In this document: positions 7,912 through 15,539 of the stretch, piece by piece
How the letters are laid out: each line of letters opens with the position of its first letter
How positions within the stretch are numbered: the stretch's first letter is position 1
UHGV virus genome: UHGV-0288843
Direction: 5' to 3' (one strand)
Origin: a virus
Length of the DNA stretch: 34,774 bases
Program-made: the position numbers and the translations under genes
Notes under the pieces: generated by a model
Told to the model about the DNA's origin: nothing
Databases searched by the model: none
Seen by the model: only the letters and a program-made list of their open reading frames with translations

Positions 7912-8081
7912 TTCTTAACCTCTCTATCTTCAAGTGCCAGATCATAAAACAGTGTCCAAATGATGAATAAGCCGATATATACATTTTGGATAATCGGATT
8001 AAAATTTCCGCCTACTATCAACCCCAATCCGAAAACGATTAGCAACACTGCAATTCTTCTTAAGTTATAAATTTTTCTCAT
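7908..8081 (-). CDS. small membrane protein (57 aa, 2 transmembrane helices), not in the ORF track
   Basis: Translated by hand: MRKIYNLRRIAVLLIVFGLGLIVGGNFNPIIQNVYIGLFIIWTLFYDLALEDREVKK. GGAG lies 8 nt upstream. Confidence 0.35.
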   Translation of the reverse strand: MRKIYNLRRIAVLLIVFGLGLIVGGNFNPIIQNVYIGLFIIWTLFYDLALEDREVKK

Positions 8082-8092
8082 TTCATTTCTCC

Positions 8093-8278
8093 TTAAATAT
8101 GCATTCTATTTTGAATCTCTAAGTATCTTAAAAATTCAAGTTCTCTTTCAATTTGATAGGCTTTTCCTTCGGTCAGTTGTTCTGATTGTCTAAGCGCTGC
8201 TCTATCATCTTGTAGCTGTTTACGCTCTTTTTTGATTTGGTTGAGTATCCAACTTTCTTGTTCAGTTGTATAAGCCAT
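8093..8278 (-). CDS. small coiled-coil protein (61 aa)
   Basis: ORF with AGGAG 6 nt upstream of the ATG at 8278. Confidence 0.4.
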   Translation of the reverse strand: MAYTTEQESWILNQIKKERKQLQDDRAALRQSEQLTEGKAYQIERELEFLRYLEIQNRMHI

Positions 8279-8288
8279 GTTGGCACTC

Positions 8289-8399
8289 CTAACTTTGTTT
8301 AACTCCGTTGAGACGTTCAGCTAGTTCTTTGTATGGGTCTGTGATATTTCGTCCCTTTAAAGATTCATGATATTTATCTTGGATATTTTCTTTAGACAT
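8289..8399 (-). CDS. small ORF (36 aa), not in the ORF track
   Basis: Translated by hand: MSKENIQDKYHESLKGRNITDPYKELAERLNGVKQS. AAAGGAG lies 9 nt upstream. Confidence 0.3.
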   Translation of the reverse strand: MSKENIQDKYHESLKGRNITDPYKELAERLNGVKQS

Positions 8400-8427
8400 T
8401 TAAAGTTCTCCTTTGATTACCAAATTT

Positions 8428-8436
8428 TGATATAAT
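8428..8436 (+). promoter_or_regulatory. Extended -10 promoter (TGATATAAT) for the plus-strand KTSC gene
   Basis: TGnTATAAT lies ~40 nt upstream of the KTSC start. Confidence 0.4.
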
Positions 8437-8474
8437 TAGTTATTAGCATGTTTGTGCTAAAATAAATTAAGGCG

Positions 8475-8690
8475 GTGAATAGCATGGATATGATTCCTGT
8501 TTCTTCTAGCAATATGGTTGCTGCCGGATATGACTCTTCTAGTCAAGAGCTGACGGTCCAATTCCAAAACGGAGCATACACGCATTTAGGTGTACCTCAA
8601 TATGTCTACGATGGTCTAATGTCGTCCCCTTCAAAGGGTAGCTACTACCATCAAAACATCAAAAGATACCCTTACAGACATGGATACTAA
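8475..8690 (+). CDS. KTSC-domain protein (moron on the opposite strand within the early region)
   Basis: VSSSNMVAAGYDSSSQELTVQFQNGAYTHLGVPQYVYDGLMSSPSKGSYYHQNIKRY matches the KTSC domain pattern (YD..L.V.F.nG..Y.Y.gVP..vy..l..A.SkG.yf). It has its own promoter and ribosome-binding site. Confidence 0.55.
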   Translation: MNSMDMIPVSSSNMVAAGYDSSSQELTVQFQNGAYTHLGVPQYVYDGLMSSPSKGSYYHQNIKRYPYRHGY

Positions 8691-8849
8691 TTAATTCCAT
8701 TCAGGTGTTGGCTCTGACCAGTCAACACTTGTCTGTTCGATTCTGTCTATGCTGATTTCAATTTTTGTATTAGGGTTACTTTGTTCTTTTAATATCTCTA
8801 CAATTTCCAACGCTAATTCGCGTATTTTTTCTTTTCCTTCTTCATTCAT
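8691..8849 (-). CDS. small acidic ORF (52 aa), not in the ORF track
   Basis: Translated by hand: MNEEGKEKIRELALEIVEILKEQSNPNTKIEISIDRIEQTSVDWSEPTPEWN. AGGAGGGG lies 7 nt upstream. Confidence 0.4.
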   Translation of the reverse strand: MNEEGKEKIRELALEIVEILKEQSNPNTKIEISIDRIEQTSVDWSEPTPEWN

Positions 8850-8862
8850 TTAAAATCCCCTC

Positions 8863-9159
8863 CTATTCGATACCTAATATGCTACTTAACATATCTACTT
8901 TTTGATAAATAAGGTCTTGATAATCTTCAATCCCAAAATCAGCACTTGGGATAATTTCTAGTAACTCCCGAATTTCATTAATAACACTTTTTACTGTCGG
9001 TTCTTCAGGAGCAAGACCTTCGTATTCCATTTGTTCCTGCAACGTGTAGTACACATCTTTTAATTTTTGCCCTTCCAGATTTACCAATTGGTTAGCTGAT
9101 CCTTCAGAAATGATAGTACTTAAAAAGTTCCCTAATGCTCGTTTTTCTTCAATATCCAT
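8863..9159 (-). CDS. hypothetical early protein (98 aa from the ATG at 9159)
   Basis: AAGGAG lies 7 nt upstream of the MDIEEKRAL start. The longer ORF-track start would overlap the antirepressor. Confidence 0.45.
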   Translation of the reverse strand: MDIEEKRALGNFLSTIISEGSANQLVNLEGQKLKDVYYTLQEQMEYEGLAPEEPTVKSVINEIRELLEIIPSADFGIEDYQDLIYQKVDMLSSILGIE

Positions 9160-9160
9160 C

Positions 9161-9913
9161 CTAATTCTCCTTCCAGATTCCGTATTTAATAGCAAAATCT
9201 TTAACAACTGCTAAATAGATTTCTTTTAGTCGTTTGTCATTGTCTATGACATCTAATTTATTTGTATTTCTGATTTTGGTTTTCGAAGCACCTTCGTATG
9301 CCATCCGATTTTTTAAATTTGTTAGTCGTATTTTCAATGATGATCCAGCTCGACGGTCTACTTCGTCATAAATCGCTGTTTGTATTTCTTGGTAAGCACC
9401 AAACTCACCTTGTGTTTTTGCCATCTTATTAACTAAGCTACGGCATTCTTTACGCCAATCAGTTGTATTTAAAGCGATAATATCTGTGATGTTATCTACC
9501 TTGTTTTCAAGACGTTTGTTCGCTATTTCTTGTTTTGCGAGTGATTGGACTACGCTATTCATGAATTGTAATTCTGGACTTAGAGTTGACGTATCTAATT
9601 GTTCCTTGATGTGATTTTCCATTTGATTAAAAGCCTCAATATATTTCAGTTTGAATTGCAAAGCTTTTTGACCAGTGAACCCCATTGCTAACAAAGTGAA
9701 GCCGTCGCGATTCATAATAACTTGGCGATAAGATTGTTTGTTTTGCGGGTGAACATATATATCTTCATAAAATAAGTCTGCCGAATTTTCGGCTAGCCCT
9801 TGCTTTAATTCATCAATGGCTTCTAAAACATGTTTATGCTGTTTTCTAAATGTTTCAGCAACTTGTAAACTGCTTGTTACCACTTGTTTATTTTTCATTA
9901 TTACTAATTGCAT
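9161..9913 (-). CDS. phage antirepressor / regulatory protein, Rha family
   Basis: The N-terminus NKQVVTSSLQVAETFRKQHKHVLEAIDEL matches the phage pRha signature. It is the first gene of the early-left operon after cro. Confidence 0.65.
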   Translation of the reverse strand: MQLVIMKNKQVVTSSLQVAETFRKQHKHVLEAIDELKQGLAENSADLFYEDIYVHPQNKQSYRQVIMNRDGFTLLAMGFTGQKALQFKLKYIEAFNQMENHIKEQLDTSTLSPELQFMNSVVQSLAKQEIANKRLENKVDNITDIIALNTTDWRKECRSLVNKMAKTQGEFGAYQEIQTAIYDEVDRRAGSSLKIRLTNLKNRMAYEGASKTKIRNTNKLDVIDNDKRLKEIYLAVVKDFAIKYGIWKEN

Positions 9914-9934
9914 ATTCTGTTTCTCCCTTCATTT

Positions 9935-10096
9935 TTAGTTAGCTTCTTTCTGATAACTGTTACCTTCACTTTTCTTAGATTCACTTTTACTTTTTATTTT
10001 ACAAACATGTTGTATGCCAGTACGTCGCGTTAAAACATCAGCAAAAGCTTGTGCCAATAAATCGATATCTACTTTTTCTGACGACTTTTGATTCAT
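9935..10096 (-). CDS. small early ORF (53 aa), not in the ORF track
   Basis: Translated by hand: MNQKSSEKVDIDLLAQAFADVLTRRTGIQHVCKIKSKSESKKSEGNSYQKEAN. GGAGG lies 10 nt upstream. Confidence 0.35.
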   Translation of the reverse strand: MNQKSSEKVDIDLLAQAFADVLTRRTGIQHVCKIKSKSESKKSEGNSYQKEAN

Positions 10097-10118
10097 ATCA
10101 CACTTCCCTCCTCCTTTG

Positions 10119-10135
10119 TTGACATTCGGGAACTC
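10119..10135. promoter_or_regulatory. Operator-like site 1 (TTGACATTCGGGAACTC)
   Basis: One of three copies of the motif TTGACwwTyGGGAAy. Confidence 0.4.
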
Positions 10136-10340
10136 AACGATTAAAAAAAATAGATATTCTAGATTCTGGCATTTCTAATGCTGTTGCTATTTTTGCTAGT
10201 TCGTCAACTCCCAATGAAACTGTACCATTTTCACGTTTTGTATACATACTTCTGGTCCAACCTAATTTTTTTGCTAATTCTTCTTGCGAATAACCCTTAG
10301 CAATCCTTTCAGCCTTTAAACGATTGAGTTCAAATTCCAT
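10134..10340 (-). CDS. cro: Cro-like helix-turn-helix (XRE family) regulator
   Basis: 68-aa helix-turn-helix protein (YSQEELAKKLGWTRSMYTKRENG), divergent from the repressor. Confidence 0.7.
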   Translation of the reverse strand: MEFELNRLKAERIAKGYSQEELAKKLGWTRSMYTKRENGTVSLGVDELAKIATALEMPESRISIFFNR

Positions 10341-10396
10341 ATTAATAATTCCCTCCTTGATTTTTATTCATCCATGAATGTGCTTTAATGATATAT

Positions 10397-10417
10397 CGAC
10401 AATTCCCGATTGTCAAC
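10397..10417. promoter_or_regulatory. Operator site 2 (dyad ACAATtcccgATTGT, reverse complement TTGACAATCGGGAAT), overlapping the -35 of the leftward cro promoter
   Basis: On the minus strand: TTGACA, 17 nt, TATCAT, then AAGGAGGG and the cro ATG. Confidence 0.5.
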
Positions 10418-10445
10418 TAATTGTGCCGAATTAGAACATTTTTTG

Positions 10446-10474
10446 TTGACTATTGGGAACTTTATTAGTATTAT
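10446..10474 (+). promoter_or_regulatory. Operator site 3 (TTGACTATTGGGAAC), overlapping the repressor promoter: TTGACT, 17 nt, TATTAT
   Basis: Motif copy 3. -35 at 10446-10451, -10 at 10469-10474. Confidence 0.5.
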
Positions 10475-10494
10475 TCTCTTAGGAGGTGAATAAT

Positions 10495-11202
10495 TTGAGA
10501 ACAAACGATGAGATCATGACATTAATTACAGATTTGCGCAAACAGAAAAAAATGACATCCACTGAATTAGCAGAAAAAGTAGGGATAGCTAAGTCCGCAA
10601 TGTCACGTTACGAAAATAGAACAAGACAATTCCCTGTTAATAAGATAGCTGATTTTGCCAAAGCTTTAGAAACAAGTCCAGAATACCTATTAGGATTTGA
10701 AGAAGAACCACTTTCTCAAATTTTAACGAAAATAAACGAAACCTCAGCTAAGTTAGAAACTAAAAGACAAAAAAATGTATTAATATTTGCCGAGAAAGAA
10801 TTAGATAAGCAAATTCTTGAAACGGAATCACGCAATAGAAAAGTTGTTCCATTGGTAGGAAAGACCGCAGCAAACCCTGCAGTTCTAGAATATGGAGATA
10901 TAGACGTTGAACAGCACTCTTTCGCACACGTGCCGGAAGGAGCAGATTGTGCTATTAATATTCAGGGAGATTCAATGGAACCGCTAATTAAAGATGGAAG
11001 CATTGTTTTTTATAAAAAACAATGTGATGTTGAAAATGGTGAAATTGCAATCGTAGAAATTGATAATGATGGTGTTACATGTAAGAAAGTAATTAAAGAC
11101 TACTCAAATAAACAAATTATTTTGAGATCAATCAATACCAAATATGAAGATAGAATTTTAGAAAATGAAAAAATTAGAATTATTGGAAAAGTTATATTAT
11201 AG
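10495..11202 (+). CDS. cI-like repressor: XRE helix-turn-helix plus S24 (LexA-like) autopeptidase domain. Probably starts at the TTG at 10495; the ORF track uses a GTG at 10486 that lies inside the ribosome-binding site
   Basis: N-terminal helix-turn-helix (TSTELAEKVGIAKSAMSRYEN). C-terminal Ser/Lys dyad context GDSMEP...CKKV. AGGAGG lies 8 nt before the TTG. Confidence 0.75.
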   Translation: MRTNDEIMTLITDLRKQKKMTSTELAEKVGIAKSAMSRYENRTRQFPVNKIADFAKALETSPEYLLGFEEEPLSQILTKINETSAKLETKRQKNVLIFAEKELDKQILETESRNRKVVPLVGKTAANPAVLEYGDIDVEQHSFAHVPEGADCAINIQGDSMEPLIKDGSIVFYKKQCDVENGEIAIVEIDNDGVTCKKVIKDYSNKQIILRSINTKYEDRILENEKIRIIGKVIL

Positions 11203-11366
11203 AACTTTTGTATTAGACTTAAAAGTATTCTATTAAAGACCAATCTGTTTAAAAAAATAATTTATAGAAGAATAGTTCGTGGTTAGCTAAGAAATAAATA
11301 TAAATTTTAACCCTCGGACTTTTCTTCTTACAAAAAAAGAACATACATTCTCTAAGGAGGGATATT

Positions 11367-11549
11367 ATGAATAAATATGAGGTAGAAAAAAGACTTTGCG
11401 AAGAGTTGAATATTGAATATATTAACTTAAATTTACGTACAGGACCTAGTCACAGATTTACTGAAAAAGAATACCAAGAGCTTAAATCTGATTATGCTCA
11501 GTTATTTTTACAATTAAACAAGCTTAATGTTGAGAAAGACCAAGAGTAG
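11367..11549 (+). CDS. hypothetical protein (60 aa) between repressor and integrase
   Basis: Strong ribosome-binding site, TAAGGAGGG. Confidence 0.5.
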   Translation: MNKYEVEKRLCEELNIEYINLNLRTGPSHRFTEKEYQELKSDYAQLFLQLNKLNVEKDQE

Positions 11550-11577
11550 TTTTTAAATAAGATAGGGGGATTCGTTT

Positions 11578-12927
11578 ATGCTAAAGAGAGCAGCGTTATA
11601 CATTAGGGTTTCTACTGATCAACAAGCAAAACACGGGGATAGTTTAGACGCACAAATAGCTACTTTAAAAGATTATGTAAGTACTCAAGACAATTTGACA
11701 ATCATTGACACGTATATTGATGACGGCATTTCAGGACAAAAATTGTACCGCGATGAATTTCAACGCTTATTAGAAGATATAAAAAAGAACAGAATAGATA
11801 TTATTTTGTTTACCAAATTAGATCGATGGTTTAGAAATTTACGTCATTACTTAAATATCCAAGAAATATTAGATAATTCTGGCGTAACATGGCTTGCCGT
11901 TTCGCAACCATTTTTCAATACTGATACTGCTTATGGACGTTCCTTTGTTAATCAGTCAATGAGTTTTGCTGAATTAGAAGCACAAATGGCGTCTGAACGC
12001 ATCAAAGCAGTATTTGAAAACAAAATTAGAAAGGGTGAAGTAGTAACTGGGAGTGTTCCTTTTGGTTATAAAATCTGTGATAAGAAGTTAATTCCTAACG
12101 AAAATGCACCTATCGCAAAAGACATTTTTAAACATTATTCTATTCACAACAGTATACGCCTAACTGTTGAATATCTATTCAATGAATATGATATTACAAG
12201 AAGTTCTCGAACAATCAAGCACATGTTAAGGAATAGAAAATATATAGGTGAAGTTTCTGGTAACAAAAATTATTGTCCTCCCATAGTAGATAAGGAAACC
12301 TTTGAGAAGGTTCAAAATCTATTAGATAAAAATATTTCATCTATAGCAAAACGTACTTATATCTTTTCAGGACTGGTAGTATGTAGTTGTTGCGGTAAAA
12401 AAATGACTGGACGTTATCGAAAAAGAAAATATATTAAAAAAGATGGCACAGTGATGTATTATACAAAAAAAGTATACCGTTGTAACGGAAACACTTATAA
12501 AAGAAATAAATGCCCAAATAAGATAAATATAGCTGAAGAGATACTTGAAGAGTATTTATTAAACAACATTAAAGCAGACGCGGAAAACTTTGAAGCTAAA
12601 CAGAAGAAGATAGCAGTTTCTGCTCCTGAAAAAAACAATAATTCAAAAATACTAAAGAAAATAGAACGGTTAAAAAAAGCGTATCTTAATGAGGTTATAA
12701 GTTTAGACGAATATAAGAAAGATAGAAAAGAGCTTGAACAGATGATTGTTCAAGTCAAGCCTAAGGAAACTATAGTATTTAAATCGAATTGGTTTAACAA
12801 AAATATAGAAAGTACTTATCATGATTTCGATGAAGAAGAAAAAAGGTTTGTTTGGAGATCAGTACTTAAAAACTTAATTGTAGACCCTCATGGCAAAATA
12901 ACAATTAATTTTTTAACAAAAAATTAG
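11578..12927 (+). CDS. int: integrase, large serine recombinase family
   Basis: N-terminal resolvase domain (AALYIRVSTDQQ, catalytic Ser), recombinase domain, and a C-terminal zinc ribbon (CSCCGKK...CNGNTYKRNKCPNK). Size is 449 aa. Confidence 0.8.
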   Translation: MLKRAALYIRVSTDQQAKHGDSLDAQIATLKDYVSTQDNLTIIDTYIDDGISGQKLYRDEFQRLLEDIKKNRIDIILFTKLDRWFRNLRHYLNIQEILDNSGVTWLAVSQPFFNTDTAYGRSFVNQSMSFAELEAQMASERIKAVFENKIRKGEVVTGSVPFGYKICDKKLIPNENAPIAKDIFKHYSIHNSIRLTVEYLFNEYDITRSSRTIKHMLRNRKYIGEVSGNKNYCPPIVDKETFEKVQNLLDKNISSIAKRTYIFSGLVVCSCCGKKMTGRYRKRKYIKKDGTVMYYTKKVYRCNGNTYKRNKCPNKINIAEEILEEYLLNNIKADAENFEAKQKKIAVSAPEKNNNSKILKKIERLKKAYLNEVISLDEYKKDRKELEQMIVQVKPKETIVFKSNWFNKNIESTYHDFDEEEKRFVWRSVLKNLIVDPHGKITINFLTKN

Positions 12928-12973
12928 CCACTTTTAGGAACTGTCCTACTGGATATTTCCATTTAGCGCAAAC

Positions 12974-13012
12974 AAAAAAACCTCGTTCCCTAGAAGAGAG
13001 CGAGGTTTTTTA
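12974..13012. terminator. Intrinsic terminator after int (AAACCTCG...CGAGGTTTTTT). The A-run upstream also allows function in the opposite direction
   Basis: 8-bp stem with flanking A7 and T6 runs. Confidence 0.5.
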
Positions 13013-13086
13013 TGGACCATACAGGACTCGAACCTGTGACCGAACGGTTATGAGCCGTTTGCTCTAACCAACTGAGCTAATGGTCC
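13013..13086 (-). tRNA. tRNA with anticodon CAT (Met elongator or Ile2-lysidine type). CCA not encoded
   Basis: Clean cloverleaf: acceptor GGACCAT/ATGGTCC, D arm GCTC-AGTTGGTTA-GAGC, anticodon stem AACGG/CCGTT with loop CTCATAA, T arm ACAGG-TTCGAGT-CCTGT. Confidence 0.8.
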
Positions 13087-13117
13087 TGAAAAAATACCTC
13101 TTAAATAATAAGAGGTA
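13087..13117 (-). terminator. Intrinsic terminator for the minus-strand moron operon (TACCTCTTA aataa TAAGAGGTA, then U-run)
   Basis: 9-bp perfect stem followed by TTTTTTCA on the minus strand. Confidence 0.55.
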
Positions 13118-13128
13118 TTAATAAATTA

Positions 13129-13518
13129 CTATTTGCATTTATGAGACTTATGTTTTGGATCAATCCTGTATATCACTAAATACCCGTCTTCATTATAATA
13201 ACCAAATACCCTAAATGGATTTTGGTCTTTGCCATAATGATAAACTTCTCTTTTGATCCCATTAATTTCAACTTCTTCATAATTACTTCCTCGGCCTTTT
13301 GTCCGCAAAAATAATTTATCGACCTCTGTAATTGATAAATTTTTTCCTGCTGTTTCAGCTATAAATTTATCTAATTCTTTCAAAGAACCTTTATCCATTT
13401 TTTTGAAGCAGTATTTATTGTCCAAACACTCTTGAATACAAAATCGAAATTTCATTGATTTTCTATCTAAAAAAGAACCATTTTCTACAACTACATCTCT
13501 TGTTAATTTCTTCGCCAA
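13129..13518 (-). CDS. candidate toxin partnered with the Panacea-domain antitoxin (129 aa, TTG start). The C-terminal beta-rich motif FRVFGYYNEDGYLVIYRIDPKH is loosely RelE/HigB-like
   Basis: Begins 3 nt after the upstream stop, with GGTGA 7 nt upstream of the TTG. Size and position are typical of a type II toxin. Family assignment is tentative. Confidence 0.45.
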   Translation of the reverse strand: MAKKLTRDVVVENGSFLDRKSMKFRFCIQECLDNKYCFKKMDKGSLKELDKFIAETAGKNLSITEVDKLFLRTKGRGSNYEEVEINGIKREVYHYGKDQNPFRVFGYYNEDGYLVIYRIDPKHKSHKCK

Positions 13519-13521
13519 CTA

Positions 13522-13977
13522 TTAGTCACCTACATACACACTTTTATAATAATTAGCCATGTCTTCTGTAGATATTTTTTCCCTACAACTATCTCCTTCT
13601 GAAACTCCAGCTCTTAATCTTGCTTGTTTCCAAGGTAATTCTGTATGAGTCAATGCTTCAAGCTCATTTGCTGACTTATCACCATAAGTAATCCAAACTG
13701 ATTCTAGAACATCCACAGTTTGATTATCTATTGCAGCAGGTGAAGTACATTTAGGAATAGAATTCCATTTATATTCTCTATATTTATTATACAATTCTGG
13801 AGAAACAGGTCCATGCGCCCAAGCCTGAAATTCAGAATCATCTATTATGCTGTCATCTAAAAGTGCATTGTTCCACGCTTGTGCATAGTAACAAAGTTTT
13901 TGTAACTTTTTAGGAGTCATTGACTCTTTATTCAAAAACCAATCAGCTATTTCAAAAATACTATATTTTTTATTCAT
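13522..13977 (-). CDS. Panacea-domain (DUF4065 / GepA / SocA-like) phage-associated protein, i.e. a PanA-type antitoxin
   Basis: TPKKLQKLCYYAQAWNNALLDDSIIDDSEFQAWAHGPVSPELYNKY matches the conserved DUF4065 core (KLQKLlYYAQ ... AW.hGPV ...lY). Strong ribosome-binding site, AGGAGGGG. Confidence 0.6.
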   Translation of the reverse strand: MNKKYSIFEIADWFLNKESMTPKKLQKLCYYAQAWNNALLDDSIIDDSEFQAWAHGPVSPELYNKYREYKWNSIPKCTSPAAIDNQTVDVLESVWITYGDKSANELEALTHTELPWKQARLRAGVSEGDSCREKISTEDMANYYKSVYVGD

Positions 13978-14156
13978 ACTAGCCCCTCCTTAACACTTAT
14001 AATATAACATTTAGCTACATTATATGCAATAAAAATATAGCATACACCCCTTTGGAAAACGGCATTAAAACAAGTTTAAGAAGTTTTTTTCACTTACAAA
14101 CACGCAAATATGCCTAATCATAAGCTGGTTATCATATTTGTTAAGTTTAATTAAAT

Positions 14157-14189
14157 AACAAAAAAAGAGCCACCTTAGAAAGGCGACTC
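14157..14189 (-). terminator. Intrinsic terminator after the endolysin gene
   Basis: GAGTCGCC ttagaaa GGTGGCTC, followed by TTTTTTTGTT on the minus strand. Confidence 0.5.
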
Positions 14190-14248
14190 AAGAGAAATTT
14201 AATAAGTGTATTATTATTTTACACTACCTATAAATATTTTACTATACT

Positions 14249-15082
14249 TTATTTCACGACTGGAAACATAGCTTCTAAGCGATTATACCAAGGAGCGTTT
14301 TTGTTCCATTTATCTTGTCCGTAGAAAGGAATATCTTTGCCGTTGTTTCTCTTGTATAAGTCCTCAATGACTTTCATTTCATCTGGATGAGAGACACGTC
14401 TTGTGTTAACTCCGTTACAAAACATTACTGTCCAAGCATCTCCATTCCATTCTAGTTTACCTGTTTTTGAATTAATTGGTCTTTCGTATAAACATTGCAT
14501 AGTCGTTTCTCCACCTTTTATATTATTTTGATTGTTATTATTTGAATTGCCATTGCCTTCGTTTAGATTGCCCATATATTTTTTTATTTGGCTAATAAAA
14601 TAGTCTTTTACGGCATTTGTTTCTTTTCCATGCAATTCCCACGAACGGTGAGGACATGCCGTAGGAACAAATTCTTTGTGTAATCTTACAGTATCTCTAT
14701 TAGGTTGCATGCCCCAAAACTTCATATCTTCAGCAATTTGTTTAAATGTCATTTGTTCATTCGCTAAGAAATCGGCATCGCTAGCACCCATTGATTGACA
14801 TACTTCATAGCCAACATAGTTCAAATTCCCCTCTGGATTCGCTGTGTGCCATGCTGCATTGAATGTATCTTCTACACGTGCAATTGTATTTCGATCAATA
14901 TAATAATGAGCAAAGCCATTCGCCAGTTGTGTAGGAGACATTACAGCCAAGGCATTGACATATTGTGCAGCTGTAGCATAAATACTTCCGGCATCATTAT
15001 GAATGACAACACCTTTTGGCGTCGCATTGGGACGTCTCCCGGCAATCCCACCGCAAACAGATTGATTAATCACTTGCACCAT
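14249..15082 (-). CDS. endolysin: N-acetylmuramoyl-L-alanine amidase (amidase_2/PGRP-type) with a C-terminal cell-wall-binding region. Start uncertain (15082 or 15112)
   Basis: The N-terminal domain (VVIHNDAG...HTANPEGN...C..H) is amidase_2-like. An Asn/Gly-rich linker and a distinct C-terminal domain follow. The gene sits directly after the holin. Confidence 0.75.
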   Translation of the reverse strand: MVQVINQSVCGGIAGRRPNATPKGVVIHNDAGSIYATAAQYVNALAVMSPTQLANGFAHYYIDRNTIARVEDTFNAAWHTANPEGNLNYVGYEVCQSMGASDADFLANEQMTFKQIAEDMKFWGMQPNRDTVRLHKEFVPTACPHRSWELHGKETNAVKDYFISQIKKYMGNLNEGNGNSNNNNQNNIKGGETTMQCLYERPINSKTGKLEWNGDAWTVMFCNGVNTRRVSHPDEMKVIEDLYKRNNGKDIPFYGQDKWNKNAPWYNRLEAMFPVVK

Positions 15083-15536
15083 CTTTAGGTTCACCACCTT
15101 TATCATTTTCATCTTTTAATTTACTTAAATGCTCCTTAACCCATGAAGGAAAGGGAACGCCTAACTGCCCTAAGTTTTCAATAATGGAAATGCCATACAC
15201 TGCTATATAAAATAAGACAAATCCAGTAGCGATTGATTCTAGACCCATGATTTTCAAGTATGGATAAGCAACGCTTATTAAGCAGACCACTAATAAATGT
15301 TTTACTAATCCTAGCAATCCTTTTGTGCTATTTCCTTCCTTAATGAAAATACCTTTACATAATCCTGTTAAGATATCCCCTAACACAATCCAGACAAAAA
15401 CCTGAATAAAACCGTTAGAAATCATATTCTTGAATTCTAGTATCAACGCTTGATTATCAATAATCACCATATTTTCCACCTTCCAATAATAAAAACCGCT
15501 TAGCTTTTTGCTAAACGGCTTCATTTTAAAATTCAA
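15066..15536 (-). CDS. holin (3 predicted transmembrane helices)
   Basis: Three hydrophobic helices and a charged C-terminus, immediately upstream of the amidase. The start is either TTG (15536) or ATG (15524). Confidence 0.65.
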   Translation of the reverse strand: MNFKMKPFSKKLSGFYYWKVENMVIIDNQALILEFKNMISNGFIQVFVWIVLGDILTGLCKGIFIKEGNSTKGLLGLVKHLLVVCLISVAYPYLKIMGLESIATGFVLFYIAVYGISIIENLGQLGVPFPSWVKEHLSKLKDENDKGGEPKDGASD

Positions 15537-15539
15537 TCT

